Of a stretch of DNA of 64,000 nucleotides, positions 17,381-29,704 are shown piece after piece. The stretch is from Macrostomum lignano (taxonomy: Eukaryota): positions 1-64,000 of the forward strand of contig NIVC01002209.1 of the NCBI GenBank assembly GCA_002269645.1. The letters are read 5' to 3'. The notes below the pieces were generated by a model. The model did not search any database, was not told the DNA's origin, and was given only the letters and a program-made list of their open reading frames with translations. Both the position numbers and the translations under genes were made by a program. Position 1 is the stretch's first letter. Each line of letters starts with the position of its first letter.

Positions 17381-17777
17381 AAAAGGTATAATTGCACTAA
17401 AATGTAACCGAAAAATGTTTTTAATGCATACTAAATAAATTTTACTAAGACTGATTTGAGGAGCTCGTACTACTTAATATTCTTCAGTAGTAAAGCCAGT
17501 TTTTGCATTTGAATATCCATTTTCTGTTATTGTTACGCTCGTATACTCGTAAACAGGGCTTTGAAAGTCTTTGCTTGAACTTCATTTGAAATTTGAGGAT
17601 TTTTGAAACCTCGTGTCTCAAATCTCATGCAACTCCTAAAATTAAAGAAATTTAAAATTGGAGTAGAAGTTTTAACTAGCGTCAAATGACCCGATTTAAA
17701 CGGCGATTACAATTAGTAATAAATTCGTGTATTACCTCGATTTGGAGATTAATTCTATACATGAGACAGCTACCGTA

Positions 17778-17944
17778 TGTGAGTCAGGGTCGCATGTGTA
17801 CTTTACTTATGTACATCGGGCCACGCCCAATCAATATGAATCGGAGGGGTGCTGCACCCCAAATATATATTCACTGGTTGCGGGCTCTTGTGAGAGTCGT
17901 ATTATTTTCCACCTCGCGCTAACCGTCCGAGTTTACTCACTACA
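17778..17944 (+). repeat. 5' LTR
   Basis: Direct repeat of 24666-24832. Confidence 0.95.
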
Positions 17945-20840
17945 ATGGCGTCGCAAGCCGCGAACTGATAAGCAGCCATGACACAGCAAATTTCACTAGC
18001 GCCACCCGGCCCGTTTGCAACAGACGGCGACACTCACACAGCGGCTTGGGCTCGCAGGAGACCTACATCGCAGCGGCCGGAATCTCTGACTGACGAGAAA
18101 AGGGCGCAGCAGCTGCTTCTTTATGCGGCCGGAGAAGAACTGCAGAATGTAGTTGAAGAGAACCAGATCGCGGCAGGTGAGGGTTACAAGGATCTCGTGA
18201 AGGACAACACTGGGACGGAAAGAACAAATTGTCTTCCTCCGCTTCAAATTTGAGACCTGTCGACAGCAGGCAGAAGAGTCAGTGGACCAGTGGCACCAGC
18301 GGCTGCGCAAGGCAGCCGACGCCTGCAACTTTTGACAGCTGCGAGACTCTCTCATTCGCGACAAGATAGTCGCCTACTGTTCATCTGAGAGGCGGCAACG
18401 AGACCTGCTGCAAACTAAGTACATCTCGCTTGACGAAGTCCTAAAAAGGGCGAGAGCAAAGGAAGCAGCAGAGTGCTATGGAAGCGGAGGCGCTGAAAGA
18501 ATCGCAGCACCAACACCTGGCGGCAATCCGCAGGCAAAACATGGGAAAAAACAGGCCTGATAGATCAAGCTGCAACCGGTGCGGCAGGTCTGGGCACGCC
18601 AACTGCGAAGCAGCCCGTGGCAAGACTTGTAGACGCTGCGGTAAGCCCGGACACTTCGCACGAGCTTGTCGGTCTCAGCGTGAGCCATCGAACTCAGCGG
18701 CGGTAGCTCTTCTCGAGAACAGTGGCGAGTCAGACTGCCGCCAGCCTAACGACTCCCAGGACCGCGAAATCTTCGAGCTGGGTCGGCCCGTGCAGTCGGC
18801 TAGCGTGGAGGCGGAGATCAACGGCACCAAAACTAGCGTGCTCATCGACAGCGGCGCCTCACGCAACGTCATGAACGAGAAAACGCTCGAAAGTCTGCGA
18901 GACCGACCGGAGCTGCGGCCCTCAACGGAAAAGCTGTTCGCGTATGGAAGCGACCGACCAATGAAGCTGCTGAGCAAGGTTGAAATCAGCGTCAGAGATT
19001 TTTGGGGCAGCAATCGATCGCTGTTTTCCATGTAGTAGAAGACCGCAGTGTCGCCATCATCGGCAGGCAGACGTTAACGCAGATGCAGATTCTTTGAGTT
19101 GGACCGCCATCGACACTGCATCAACCGGTGCTGCAGATTTCAGCGGCAACAAAGACAATCGAGCAGCTCCTGGTGGGTATGCGAGTCAGCGGTGCAACTG
19201 AGTCCGATACGAGTACCGCGACCATCAGCAGAATTCCGCATCGACGTGCGGCAGTGCTCGAGGGAGTCGGCTGCTACACCGGCGCACCAGCTACCGTCCA
19301 CATGGCTCACGGAGCCCGTCCAGTCTGTCACGCGCCATCGAAGGTGCCAATTCACTTTGCAGACGCTGTTGACAAGGAGCTGCAGGCGCTGGAAGAGCTA
19401 GGCATCATCGAACCGGTAGAAGGTCCAGCCCCGTGGGTAGCCCGCATGGTCATCGTGCCAAAGAAAGAGCCAGGAGAAGTTCGCATCACCCAAGACCTTC
19501 GGGACGTCAACCGCTACGTAATCCGAGAGCGACATCAGATCCCAACGTTTGAGGAGGTTACGGGAAACATGTCCGGTAGTAAGTTCTTCTCAGAGGTTGA
19601 CGTTGCCAAAGCCTTTTATCAGGTTCCAGTTGCCGAGAACTGCCGCAATCTACTAACGTCTCGACGCCGCGTGGACTCCGTCGGCTCACCCTGCCATCCA
19701 TGGGACTGTCATGAGTCGGGTCCTAGCCGGTCTGCCCAACAGAAAACAGTATTTCCCTGAATCCACAAAAATGCAAGTTAGCTCGCAGCAGCATCGAATT
19801 TATGGGCATGCGGCTGACAGCAGAAGGTGTCCAAGCAACCGAGAGCAAGATTGCGGCGGTCCAGAGCTTCAAGGAGCCCGAGACAATCGGTCAGTTGCGC
19901 TCGTTCTTGGGCCTGGTCAATTTCCTGGCCGTGTTCACACGCCAGCTAGCAAAGGAAGCCGAGCCGCTGAGGCGCCTGACGAGAAAAGGAGTTGAATGGG
20001 ACTGGAGTGCAGAGCAAGCAGGCGCGTTCAAACGATTGAAGAGCAGCATTGCGACCCCAGCGGTCCTCGCCTTCTTCGACAGACGACTTCGCACGAGGCT
20101 AATCGTCGACGCCGGACCCATCGGGCTAGGCGCCATCCTGGCGCAGGTGCAGAACGACGGAAGCCTGCGGCCCGTGGCGTATGCAAGCCGAACCCTCTCG
20201 AATGTCGAGCGGCGATATTCCCAGACTGAGAAAGAAGCACTGGCTGTAAAGTTCGGCTGCCTAAAATTTGAACACTATCTTGTCGGAGCACCCGAGTTCG
20301 TCGTCACCACGGACCACAAGCCGTTAACCTCAATGCTCGCGATGGGATCTAGACCGCCACCCCGAATCGAGAGAATGGCGTTGCGAATTCAGCACCTGAC
20401 GTTCCGCATCGAGTACCAGCCGGGCGCCTCAAATGCAGCCGAGGTGCTGCTCAGCAGGAAGCCGTTACCAACTCTAGGCAAGAACATTGGCGAGGAGTTA
20501 GACGAGGCTTGCATCAACGCCGTGCTGTTGGCGGCCGTGCCGAACGCGCTGTAGCTAGAGGACATTCGATCATACTCGAAGGACAATCTTGTCATCCACG
20601 CGGCGATAGCAGCGATGCAAGGCGGCCGGTGGGACACCTCCAGTTCTGAGATGAGGGCGCTGCAAGCGTTGCGAGAGGAGTTGTCAGCATCAGATGGCAT
20701 TCTTCTACAGCAGAGACATATCGTCGTCCCAGAGGTTTTGCAGCAGCGCATGCTCGAGCTGGCGCACAGGGGACACCAATGCGCGAGAAAGACACTCGAC
20801 CGGCTCAGCACTAAGGTTTGGTGGCCCAGGATGGCATCTC

Positions 20841-21217
20841 TTTACTTTTTTTATTAGAGGCAGGGGGGTTGTGTGCACCCTGGTGCACTTTAAGCGACAT
20901 AGGCACACAACCGGCGAGAGGCAGTACTGCCCATTCCGCCGAATCCCCTGAGCAGGCACACAAGCGCGCGGATACGTACGTAGGCACACACTCACACAGG
21001 AGTGTACAGCGGCCCTAACTTTATTTTATCGTTAGGCATTACACTTCACTGCGCCTTGGGCGGGGGGGGGGGGTTGGCCCTCAAGGCCGTTAATTGCACG
21101 AGCAGAGCCAAGCCGAGATTCCAATTCAGCCCCAAATTAATGGGACTGCACTTGGAATCGAGCCTGGGTCGCTGGCACACCAGAGCCTGCGCTAGACCGC
21201 TGGGCTACGGCCCCCCC
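20841..21217 (-). mobile_element. tRNA-derived SINE inserted in the Gypsy integrase
   Basis: 16-bp TSD CCCAGGATGGCATCTC (20825-20840 and 21218-21233). The minus-strand 5' head has A-box TAGCCCAGCGG and B-box GGCTCGATTCC, and the 3' end is A-rich (CTAATAAAAAAAGTAAA). Confidence 0.85.
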
Positions 21218-21473
21218 CCCAGGATGGCATCTCAGGCGGAAGAGTTTGTCAGGCGCTGCTAGGCTCTATTCGAGCTATGCCACTGCAGCCTACGCCCATC
21301 CCAGAGGGCGCCTGGCTTTCAATCACAGAACTCCAATATGCAACACTATGCTGCTGGTCTGCATAGATCGGTACTCCAGATTTCCAGAGGTCTGGATGCA
21401 GATGGTTTGCAGACGACTACAGCGGAGGCGCTGATTCCTCGAATGCGCTCAATGTTTGCGCGATTTGGCATTC

Positions 21474-23697
21474 TGATGTAACCACGCTCTGGTCGCGGGA
21501 TAGGGCATGGGAACTTTTTCGAAAGTGCCTCCTATCCCGTGCACCCTCTGCACAGAGCTGTCGAGACTCGGCCAGGTCTCCGACCGGGCCTGGAGACTCC
21601 CGCTCTGCTGCACCCCTCCTGCTGCCTTGGTCCCGTCTCCCCTGCCGCCACACCTGCCTTTCCGGAGCCCCCTACCCCTTTCTGTACCTCCCCCTCTACC
21701 CTACCTCTTCTGTTTTCCGCCCTATTCTTCCTGTACTTTCCCTTTCCCCCCCCCTCTTTTTGTCTCTCTCTGCACTCTTTTCCTGCGCTGTCCCCTCCTT
21801 CTCTGTGTCTACTTACTGTATTTTGTGTGCTCACCGTCTCCCCATCCCCTCCCAAACTCCCAAACGGTGACGCAAGTCGTGTGACCCCTTCTTCCCCCCG
21901 ATGACTCATCGATGACTCATCCCCCTCTCTTGCGCAACCTTTTCTCATGCCATTGTTCTCCTCCCCAAATTTCTCATGCGACACCCACCCCACCTCCGCT
22001 TCTATTGTTCTCGTTTTTGATTCTTTTGTTCTCTCGACCCCCACCAATTATCACATTTTCTCCGATTTTCTCTTTCTTTTGTTCTCGTTTTCGCACCTAA
22101 TTATCACCTTTTCTCCAATGTTTACTTTTCCATTGTTCTCAGTTTTCCCCAATTATCCCCGATTTCCAATTCCTTTGTTCTCGACACCAGCCCTATTGTT
22201 CTCAATGTTTGCTTGCGCAACACTTTCGCGACCACCCGCTGCGCCAATTATCCCCCCACCCCACCTCCGGATTGCGCAATTTCCCGATTTCTCATGTTGC
22301 TATGCCGGTCTCATGCTTCTCATCATGACTCATTCTGACGTCATTCTGCCGGCAGCCAATCAGAGAGAGGGAGCCATGGTAACGACCTTGAGGAGGCGGC
22401 TGTGAGGTCTATAAAAGGAAGCGATTTCGGCATGAGAACCTGTCAACTGTCGCGTTCTACGCTTCAACTTTTCGCCTCTTTGGGCTTGCCGTCAGACTGA
22501 GTTCTGACCCATTCGTCTATAAGACGAATCCCTGCCGGTCCGCGGTCTGTTACCGCCAAGTTATCCTTAGCTCCCCAAGTGAGCTCGCCTATCGGCCAGC
22601 GGTCTGATACCGCCCAGCATCATCAGCATCGCCTGATCTACATCAGCGCCTCGTCGCTCCAGCGCATCGCCGCTTCACTGTCTGCCTGACTGCAGCCTAC
22701 AGCCACCCTCGGTCACTCCGCCTCTCTCTCTCTCTCTGTGCAGCTGCTGGTAAGTTCCTGTTACTAATTTGTGCTCTCATTGCCTTTGCTTATCCGGGGT
22801 TTGCCTATTTTCCATTGTCTGATTAGAGAGCTGAGCCAATTGTGATACCGTAACTTTTGCTGTATTTTACTCAATAGTGAAGCCGCCTAATTGCCTGATT
22901 ATTCGCCTAAGGGCCTAATTATTAACTATTAACTAACTTCATCATTATTCAATCTTTCACCATCATTTCACTCATGGCTTGCTAAGCCTTTCTCCCGGGG
23001 TGGCAAAGCATAAGGAAGTTTGGGTAAGCTAATGGCCTCTCCCCGTGCAAAGCCCGCCTGTGAGTGCGTGCTGCGGGGCCGCGTGTGCGTGCAGTAGAGG
23101 GATTAGCGAGTCTTGGCACAGAATGGCAGTAGGAAGGTTGCAACCCCATGCTAACGCGTCCCTTCGCCCTGAGCAATCTAAACTATAGACAGTACATGTT
23201 CGCCTCATACTACTCTTAGTAATCAAAGTCGCAAGTCAGCCTCGCTCACAGCCACAAAGGATCCCCTGCTGAGAAATCCTCCAGGATTGAGCCCAGAGTT
23301 CCCGATCATGCCCCAAGCAGAGTCCCTGTACTCGGCTGCATGCGTCTCCCCTGTTAGCCTAAATCCCCTGGTAACCAATCCAGGCGGGGCTCTAGCCTCG
23401 AGAGGTCTGGTAGAAAGATCCAGGTGCGCCAGGTCACATAGAGTGGTGGCAGCCACTCGGTCATACCATGACCGAGTGACCAACTATTGCACCTTGGCTA
23501 CAGGTGGGGTCCATGTGGGTCCTTGGCCCTCTGGTCACGAAGCGCTACCAAAGCTACTAATCATGTGGGCGGGACAGTCTGGTGCTGGAGGTCCGTCAGG
23601 TCATTGCCCGGTCATAGGCAGCCTACGGTCATTGCCCCCTCTAGCCAAGCGTTCGTCTCTCAATAGGAGCGGACAGGCGACAAGGGCGGTTACATCA
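21474..23697. mobile_element. 2224-bp TGATGTAACC...GGTTACATCA element with 4-bp TSD, probably a long solo LTR
   Basis: Perfect 10-bp terminal inverted repeat and ATTC TSD (21470-21473, 23698-23701). Removing it restores integrase FGI|PQELVTDDG. It contains a CCAAT box (about 22355), TATAAAA (about 22410) and a GTAAGT donor (about 22750). Confidence 0.75.
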
Positions 23698-24665
23698 ATT
23701 CCACAAGAACTGGTAACCGACGACGGTCCGCCCTTCTCGTCAGCGGAGTGCGGGCACTTCCTGGCCAGCTACGGCGTCAAGCTTATCATCCCGCTCTATC
23801 CAGCGGCCAACGGCATGATGGAGAGACTCAACCGATCAATCAACAAGGTCGTGCGAGTGGCAATCAATGAGAACAAAGACTGGAGAGCGGCGCTTGACGA
23901 CTGTCTGATGGCGTACCGAAACACCCCACATGCGGCCACGGGGCGCTCGCCGGCGGAGCTGCTGATGGGTCGCCGCCCAAATGACACCATCCCAGCCATC
24001 AAGCCGTCTCAGCGAGTCAGAATTAACGAGCAGCAGCTGCGTCAAACCGATGCCAACGTCAAGGCGACATGAAATGATACGCAGACGCAAAGCGTAGGCC
24101 GCGCAGCTGCGGGATCCGGGTCGGCGAAGTCGTCCTGCGGCGTCGCGTCGGAGCTCGAAAGGCACAGACCCCATGGAGAGTCGAACGAGTGTCTGGAAAC
24201 TCCCTAAAGCTGCCCCGCGACGGCGCTTCCTGCTGGCGTCATTGCACAGCCGTCAAGCTGGTCACCCCAGATCCGATCTCGGACGCTCCGCCAGTGACAA
24301 CGGCCGGCGCCCTTCCTGGAGATCCGGAGACTCGAGAGGGGCCGCTGGCGACGCGACCGCATCCTCGTGCGGCGAAGTGCGGTGACAAGCAGTACAAGTG
24401 ATTTGAACTGTCAATTTCTGTGAACAGCTGTCAATATCTATGAACTGTCAATTTCTGTGAACAGCTGTCAATATCTATGAACTGTCAATTTCTGTGAACA
24501 GCTGTCAATATCTATGAACCGTCAATTTGTTTAAATCTTTTTTGTGACGTCAACATTTCAACTTTTAGGATCCAATATTCGTGTTTTTATTCCTCCATTA
24601 CTCGTACAGTAATCCTCGAGTTTTATATCTGCCCTATCGTTTCATTTCTGTTAAAAGAGGAGAGA

Positions 24666-24832
24666 TGTGAGTCAGGGTCGCATGTGTACTTTACTTATGT
24701 ACATCGGGCCACGCCCAATCAATATGAATCGGAGGGGTGCTGCACCCCAAATATATATTCACTGGTTGCGGGCTCTGGTGAGAGCCGTACTATTTTCCAC
24801 CTCGCGCTAACCGTCTGAGTTTACTCACTACA
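24666..24832 (+). repeat. 3' LTR
   Basis: Direct repeat of 17778-17944. Confidence 0.95.
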
Positions 24833-25119
24833 ACGTAGGCAGCTACAGCACACAGCATCCAGCATGTACGAGTAGTTGCCATGGCTGCCTATGGAGAAAG
24901 TTAAATATGGCAAAAGGTCGCCTGAGAAATGTGCCAATAGTATCAAATATTCATTTCATACTTTTAATACTTGAATATTTTCAAGTATAAAAAGTGTACA
25001 TGTAGGCTAGGTACATGCAACTTCACTTCACTGGAAAGTACTTTAGGTACTTAATTTTTAATTTTGATCTACAAATGTATCAAAAGACAAACATTTTTGG
25101 AATTAACATGTACTAACAG

Positions 25120-25277
25120 CCGTGGCGGATCTAGAAGTTCATTTTGGTGGGGGGCGGTCCAAGTTTGTGGCGCCAACGTGAGTATGAGAAGCGCCAAATT
25201 TTAAGCTAAGGGCGCTTAAAGGGCGCAATATGCTTCATCAAGCTGTTTCGGCCCCCCCCCCCCTAAATCCGCCTCTG
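25120..25277. mobile_element. hAT-type MITE with 8-bp TSD
   Basis: TIRs CCGTGGCGGATCTA and TAAATCCGCCTCTG; TSD ACTAACAG at 25112-25119 and 25278-25285. Confidence 0.8.
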
Positions 25278-25833
25278 ACTAACAGCATTTCCATTGTTAC
25301 TATATTTATTCCTTGCTTTTGTTTACTTACCTTATTATTGCATTCTATAGGCATGACAAACTAGTGACTAGTTAAATTGGCAAATGGCAAGCGTAGGAAA
25401 TTGCTTCTAAAACGTTGCATTTCGTTTGGCTCCATGTTTAAAGGGAACTAAGCCCGCCAGTCTGAGTACATTCTATGTGTACGCAGCCCTGTGTACATGC
25501 CGCGGGGTATGGGGGTTTCTATTTTTAGCACATAGCGAAAAGCACGATATTGCAGGCAGATTCGAGAAAGAAAAAAATGCAGAACGATGTGGCTCGGGAC
25601 AGGGGGGCAGGCGGGCAGCTTTGGGTGTAATGGATTGCAATAAAATAGAGTAGATTGTAAAGTAGATTGCTATTGCCTTTGGTCCTGACACTAACTAGAC
25701 CTACTAAAAATGTTAAACGTTTATTGGTTTTTATCTAGTAGACACTCTTTCCATAGGAATGTCTCCGTTTAAAACAAGAAAATATTTATTCTTATTTTTA
25801 TACTTTACGAAGCCGGACACTTTTCGGTAATAG

Positions 25834-26025
25834 CAGTAGCGCAACCAGAAATTTTTCAAGGGGGGGGGGCGGATTCTGAGGGTAAAGTCACGGGAGGGGG
25901 GGCGGCGGAGGGGTGGCTCTGTTTTTGGCGAAAATTCGCTTGGTCCCCCCTTTGATTTTTTTTCGGTCCCCCGCCTAAGGGGGGGGCGACCGCCCCCCCC
26001 CCGCCCCCCCCTGGTTGCGCCACTG
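25834..26025. mobile_element. hAT-type MITE with 8-bp TSD
   Basis: TIRs CAGTAGCGCAACCAG and CTGGTTGCGCCACTG; TSD GGTAATAG at 25826-25833 and 26026-26033. Confidence 0.85.
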
Positions 26026-26703
26026 GGTAATAGATTAAATTCTAATAAAAATAAAACTTCGAAGGTCCTTTTAGGTTAAAGAAATGCATCATCTATCCTT
26101 GTCATAAATACAGTGGTGATATCAAATCTACGGAAACAAATAGCTGTACGAAATTAAAACGAAAACGAAAACTCGAATGCGAGGGCAGCTTAGCTTGAAA
26201 GCTTTTTTTGTAAAAGACTGCCATTGCTTTTACTGAATTCGAAAATTCAAAGGTGGGAGTGACGAGTGAGGTATAACTTTGAACATGACAGATTTTTGCA
26301 GCCTTGTTAGTCAGAGCGGGGTTAGAGGGCAATCCGTGTTTTTACGCTCGTATGACCTTCAATTTTAATGTACACTCAAATGTACGTACCCTCTGTCGGG
26401 GGACAGGCGGAAAAAGAACCCCTGGCAAGCTGTAGCGTTAAATAAAAGCGGCGCCAAATTCATCCACAGAATTACCATGGAATTTCCGTGGAATAGCCAG
26501 ATAGATTCGTCAGTTCCACGTTCAACGTGCGTAAGACTTACTAGCTATAAATATGACATGAAGTTTTAGCACCCAGCTGCGACCTTGCGAGTGCAATTTT
26601 GACCTCAATTTATTCAACAAAGTTTGGCTAACTAGAACTAGCTTCGATTATCAGGTTTTTAGTATTATTAAGTATTATAAACACAACGCAAGCAATAATA
26701 CAA

Positions 26704-29178
26704 ATGGAGTACGATGGTATCCAGCATCGATCGGATGAAGCAGTGCGTTACAACGAGAACCCATGTTATAAAAAACGTCCAGCAGATCCGTACCGCCGAT
26801 CCAGCTCCAGCAGCAGCAGCGACCGAGGCTTCGAATCGTCCAACGAATTGGACAATGAAAACTGCAGCATTCTGTCATCGACTGCGAAGTTCAGGGATCA
26901 TATTCTTACTAATGACCCGAATGAGAAGGAGCATTGGAAGCAAGAAAGCCGAATGGAAATGGCTAAAAAAAGTTTAACAGTTCTGAATGAGACCGTCAAA
27001 ATCCACAGCAGTCTTTCTGTTGCTCAACTAATTAACCATCTGACCTTCACTAGCCAGCAGCTGAACGATCTCGGATGCAGAACCAAACAACTTTTTAAGT
27101 CTTTTGAAAAAATCCAACTTGAAGAAGGCAAAGACGATTCAACCAATCGGTGTTTAACAATAGCTCTGCTCAATCGTGCTGATTGCTTTGAGAAGCAGCA
27201 AAATCAGGCATTGTCAAGCAATAGTGCCAATACAACAACAAATCAATGGCGCCCATGCCCCCGGCTCAGACACTATCGCCAACAGCAGCAGCAACAGCAG
27301 CAGCAGGTGTGCATCCTGCAGTTCTCCGACAGGCCGTTCAACGCCGACCAGCAAGGCCCGGTCTGTGGCGTGCCGCAGAGTCGGGCCGACATGCACAGCG
27401 AAGCCAACCGGCTGGCGACCTTCGAGGACGCCGGCGAAGCGACCTGCTGGACTACGACGGACATCGGCGAGGATGTCCGGCGCGCCCTGGCTCGGGCCGG
27501 TTGGTTTCGCAGCAACCGAGAGGGCGGCCTCCGATGCGCCTTCTGCTACGGCAATGTTGATGCGGCAGCGGCCAGGCGCAGTTTGGCAAGTTATGCTGGC
27601 GGCGACCGCACATTCTGGCCGATGCAGCTGCACCAGTTCCGGTTTGGCACCTGCCCGATGGTGCTGCAGCTGGCTGTTGGCAACCGGCCGCTGCCTGAGG
27701 AGGATCGAGGTGAGGGCCATTGCCGGAAAAGGAGGCAGAAAAATGTGGGGAACGAGGGGAAAACGAGGGGATGAAGAGGAGAAAAGGAGGGGGAAGAGAG
27801 GGGAAATGAGGGGAAGAGACGGGAAAAGACTGGAAGAGAAGTGGAAGATTAGGATCTACAAGAGTGTGAACGGAATGTAAAGGGAAGGTACAGAAAAAAG
27901 TATTTCAATTGAAATGCAGTGAAAATGTAAACTATAATTAGATAGCTACATAGCTGTTGGCCCATTGTCCCAATTGCAGAAGCCAGTGAGCCCAAGCCAC
28001 TGAGAGCTCCAGTTGCCTGCAGTGAAGACAACGATCCCAGCAGCAGCTCAGGCAGCTGGACTACAGAGAACGCAGCTTCATCCACCGTAGCGCCATCATC
28101 CGAGTCAGAAGCCAGACACCAACTCCGTCGTCGTCCGGGCCTTCCCACCGCTACCCTGGCCGCTGCCCGGTCCGCCTGCGATCCCAGATCCGACAGCAAC
28201 CTCTCCCTGCTAGAGCGAAGCCTGCTGATTCAGAAAAACTCCTGCGATGTTGCTGTGGAGACCTACCATCCGCTCTGCTATCCGGAGATGAGCGACCCCG
28301 CTGAGCGAGAAGCCACTCTGACTGCCACTGCCGGTCAGCTGACCTTGAACTCCTCCTCATCAGCCGTAGTTCCGCTTCCAGCCAGCCTCCTGGCTCAGGC
28401 GGGCTTCTTTCAATTGTCTGGCACAGACTGCCTGGCCTGCTACTGGTGCGGCGTCAATCTGAGACACTGGCTTCCCGACGATGAGCCCTGGATCGAGCAC
28501 GCCAGATGGTCGCCTCGCTGTTGTCACCTCCTGCTAGAACGGGGCGCCGACTTCGTTCTGTCTTCCAGACGCCTGCATCCGCCGTACGTAACGCCGCTTG
28601 ACAAAGTCTCAGTCAGCTCAATGACTTCTGTTTCTTTGTCTTCCACAAGTTCGAAAACAACTCCGGTTGGTTCGGCTGCAAAGTCAGCCAAGGCCGATCC
28701 GCCATCCGTCTGCATCGACTATCGTATTGAACTCCGTCAGCTGCGCTCTCGGGACGACACCTCCATAGTGCTGCTGGCTCGCCAACTCCTCGACGGCGGA
28801 TATTGTCGGGACGTCAGGACGGCAGTGGCGGAGAAGTTGAGAAACACCGGAGCAGACTTCACCTCCGGCCAGCTGCTGCTGAGCGCTGTCATGGACGTTC
28901 GTCAGCGTCGAGAGCGGCTCGGACTGGACAGCGCCCAGTATCACGACCTGCGCATGTCCGAGCTGGACGACATCACCCTGGCCGATGCTGAACATCTCAA
29001 CAGCGACGCCGAGATAGATTGGCGAGCCTGCAAAGTGTGCATGGACCGCCGGATCAATGTCACCCTGATGGACTGCGGCCACTTCTGCTGCTGTTCGAAC
29101 TGTTCGAGATCGCTGAGCGACTGTCCCGTGTGCAGAGCGCCGATCCGAGCTACCCTGCTCATCCGGTCGGACAGTTAG
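26704..29178 (+). CDS. Inhibitor of apoptosis (IAP) E3 ligase: BIR-BIR-UBA-RING, 2 exons, about 734 aa
   Basis: Exon 1 is 26704-27709 (donor G|GTGAGG) and exon 2 is 27980-29178 (acceptor aattgcag|AA, phase 1). BIR1 is EANRLATF..LARAGW..CAFC..H(x6)C. BIR2 is LAQAGFF..CYWC(x16)H(x6)C. A UBA-like segment RQLLDGGY..AVAEKL..GADFTS is followed by the C-terminal RING CKVC..CGH..CSNC..CPVC. Confidence 0.92.
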
Positions 29179-29377
29179 AGCTCGGCTGAGCTGTTGTTAG
29201 CAAAAAACTCAAGTGTTCGCTACCAGTACTACTTGTAATGTTTAGACGTTAAGTACAATAGTAAGCGACTTACAAGCGAATTCGCATTTAAAAAAAATAA
29301 AATTATACTGCTTGGAGCCAAAACATCCAAAGAATTTTCAGTATTTGTTTGTAACTCTTGTCCAGATAATTGCCTAA

Positions 29378-29388
29378 TTCTATCTATC

Positions 29389-29475
<87 letters not shown>

Positions 29476-29495
29476 TTATCTATCTATCTATCTAC

Positions 29496-29582
<87 letters not shown>

Positions 29583-29607
29583 CCTATCTATCTATCTATT
29601 TATCTAT

Positions 29608-29703
<96 letters not shown>
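29378..29703. repeat. (TATC)n microsatellite
   Basis: Direct reading. Confidence 0.97.
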
Positions 29704-29704
29704 T

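Larger units (their letters stand above)
17778..24832 (+). mobile_element. Decayed Ty3/Gypsy LTR retrotransposon (Mag-like) with nested insertions
   Basis: 167-bp LTRs TGT..ACA at 17778-17944 and 24666-24832 with 4 mismatches. PBS-like TGGCGTCG after the 5' LTR and polypurine tract AAAGAGGAGAGA before the 3' LTR. Flanks are ccgta/acgta. Gag has CCHC-type knuckles (CRRCGKPGHFARAC), protease has LIDSGA, RT has WVARMVIVPKK..DLRDVN, RNase H has IVDAGPIGLGA..YSQTEKEALA, and integrase has H..H..C and LVTDDGPPF..GMMERLN. There are multiple frameshifts and the YxDD segment is missing. Confidence 0.95.

Noticed and set aside
15716-17397. 447-aa, 264-aa and 113-aa RTDTSGQ repeat ORFs
   Set aside because: Translations of the 14-bp satellite.
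26465-26525. Minus-strand CTGACGA...GAAA resembling a hammerhead
   Set aside because: No stem II can form between the two core halves and there is no NUH before the stem I partner.
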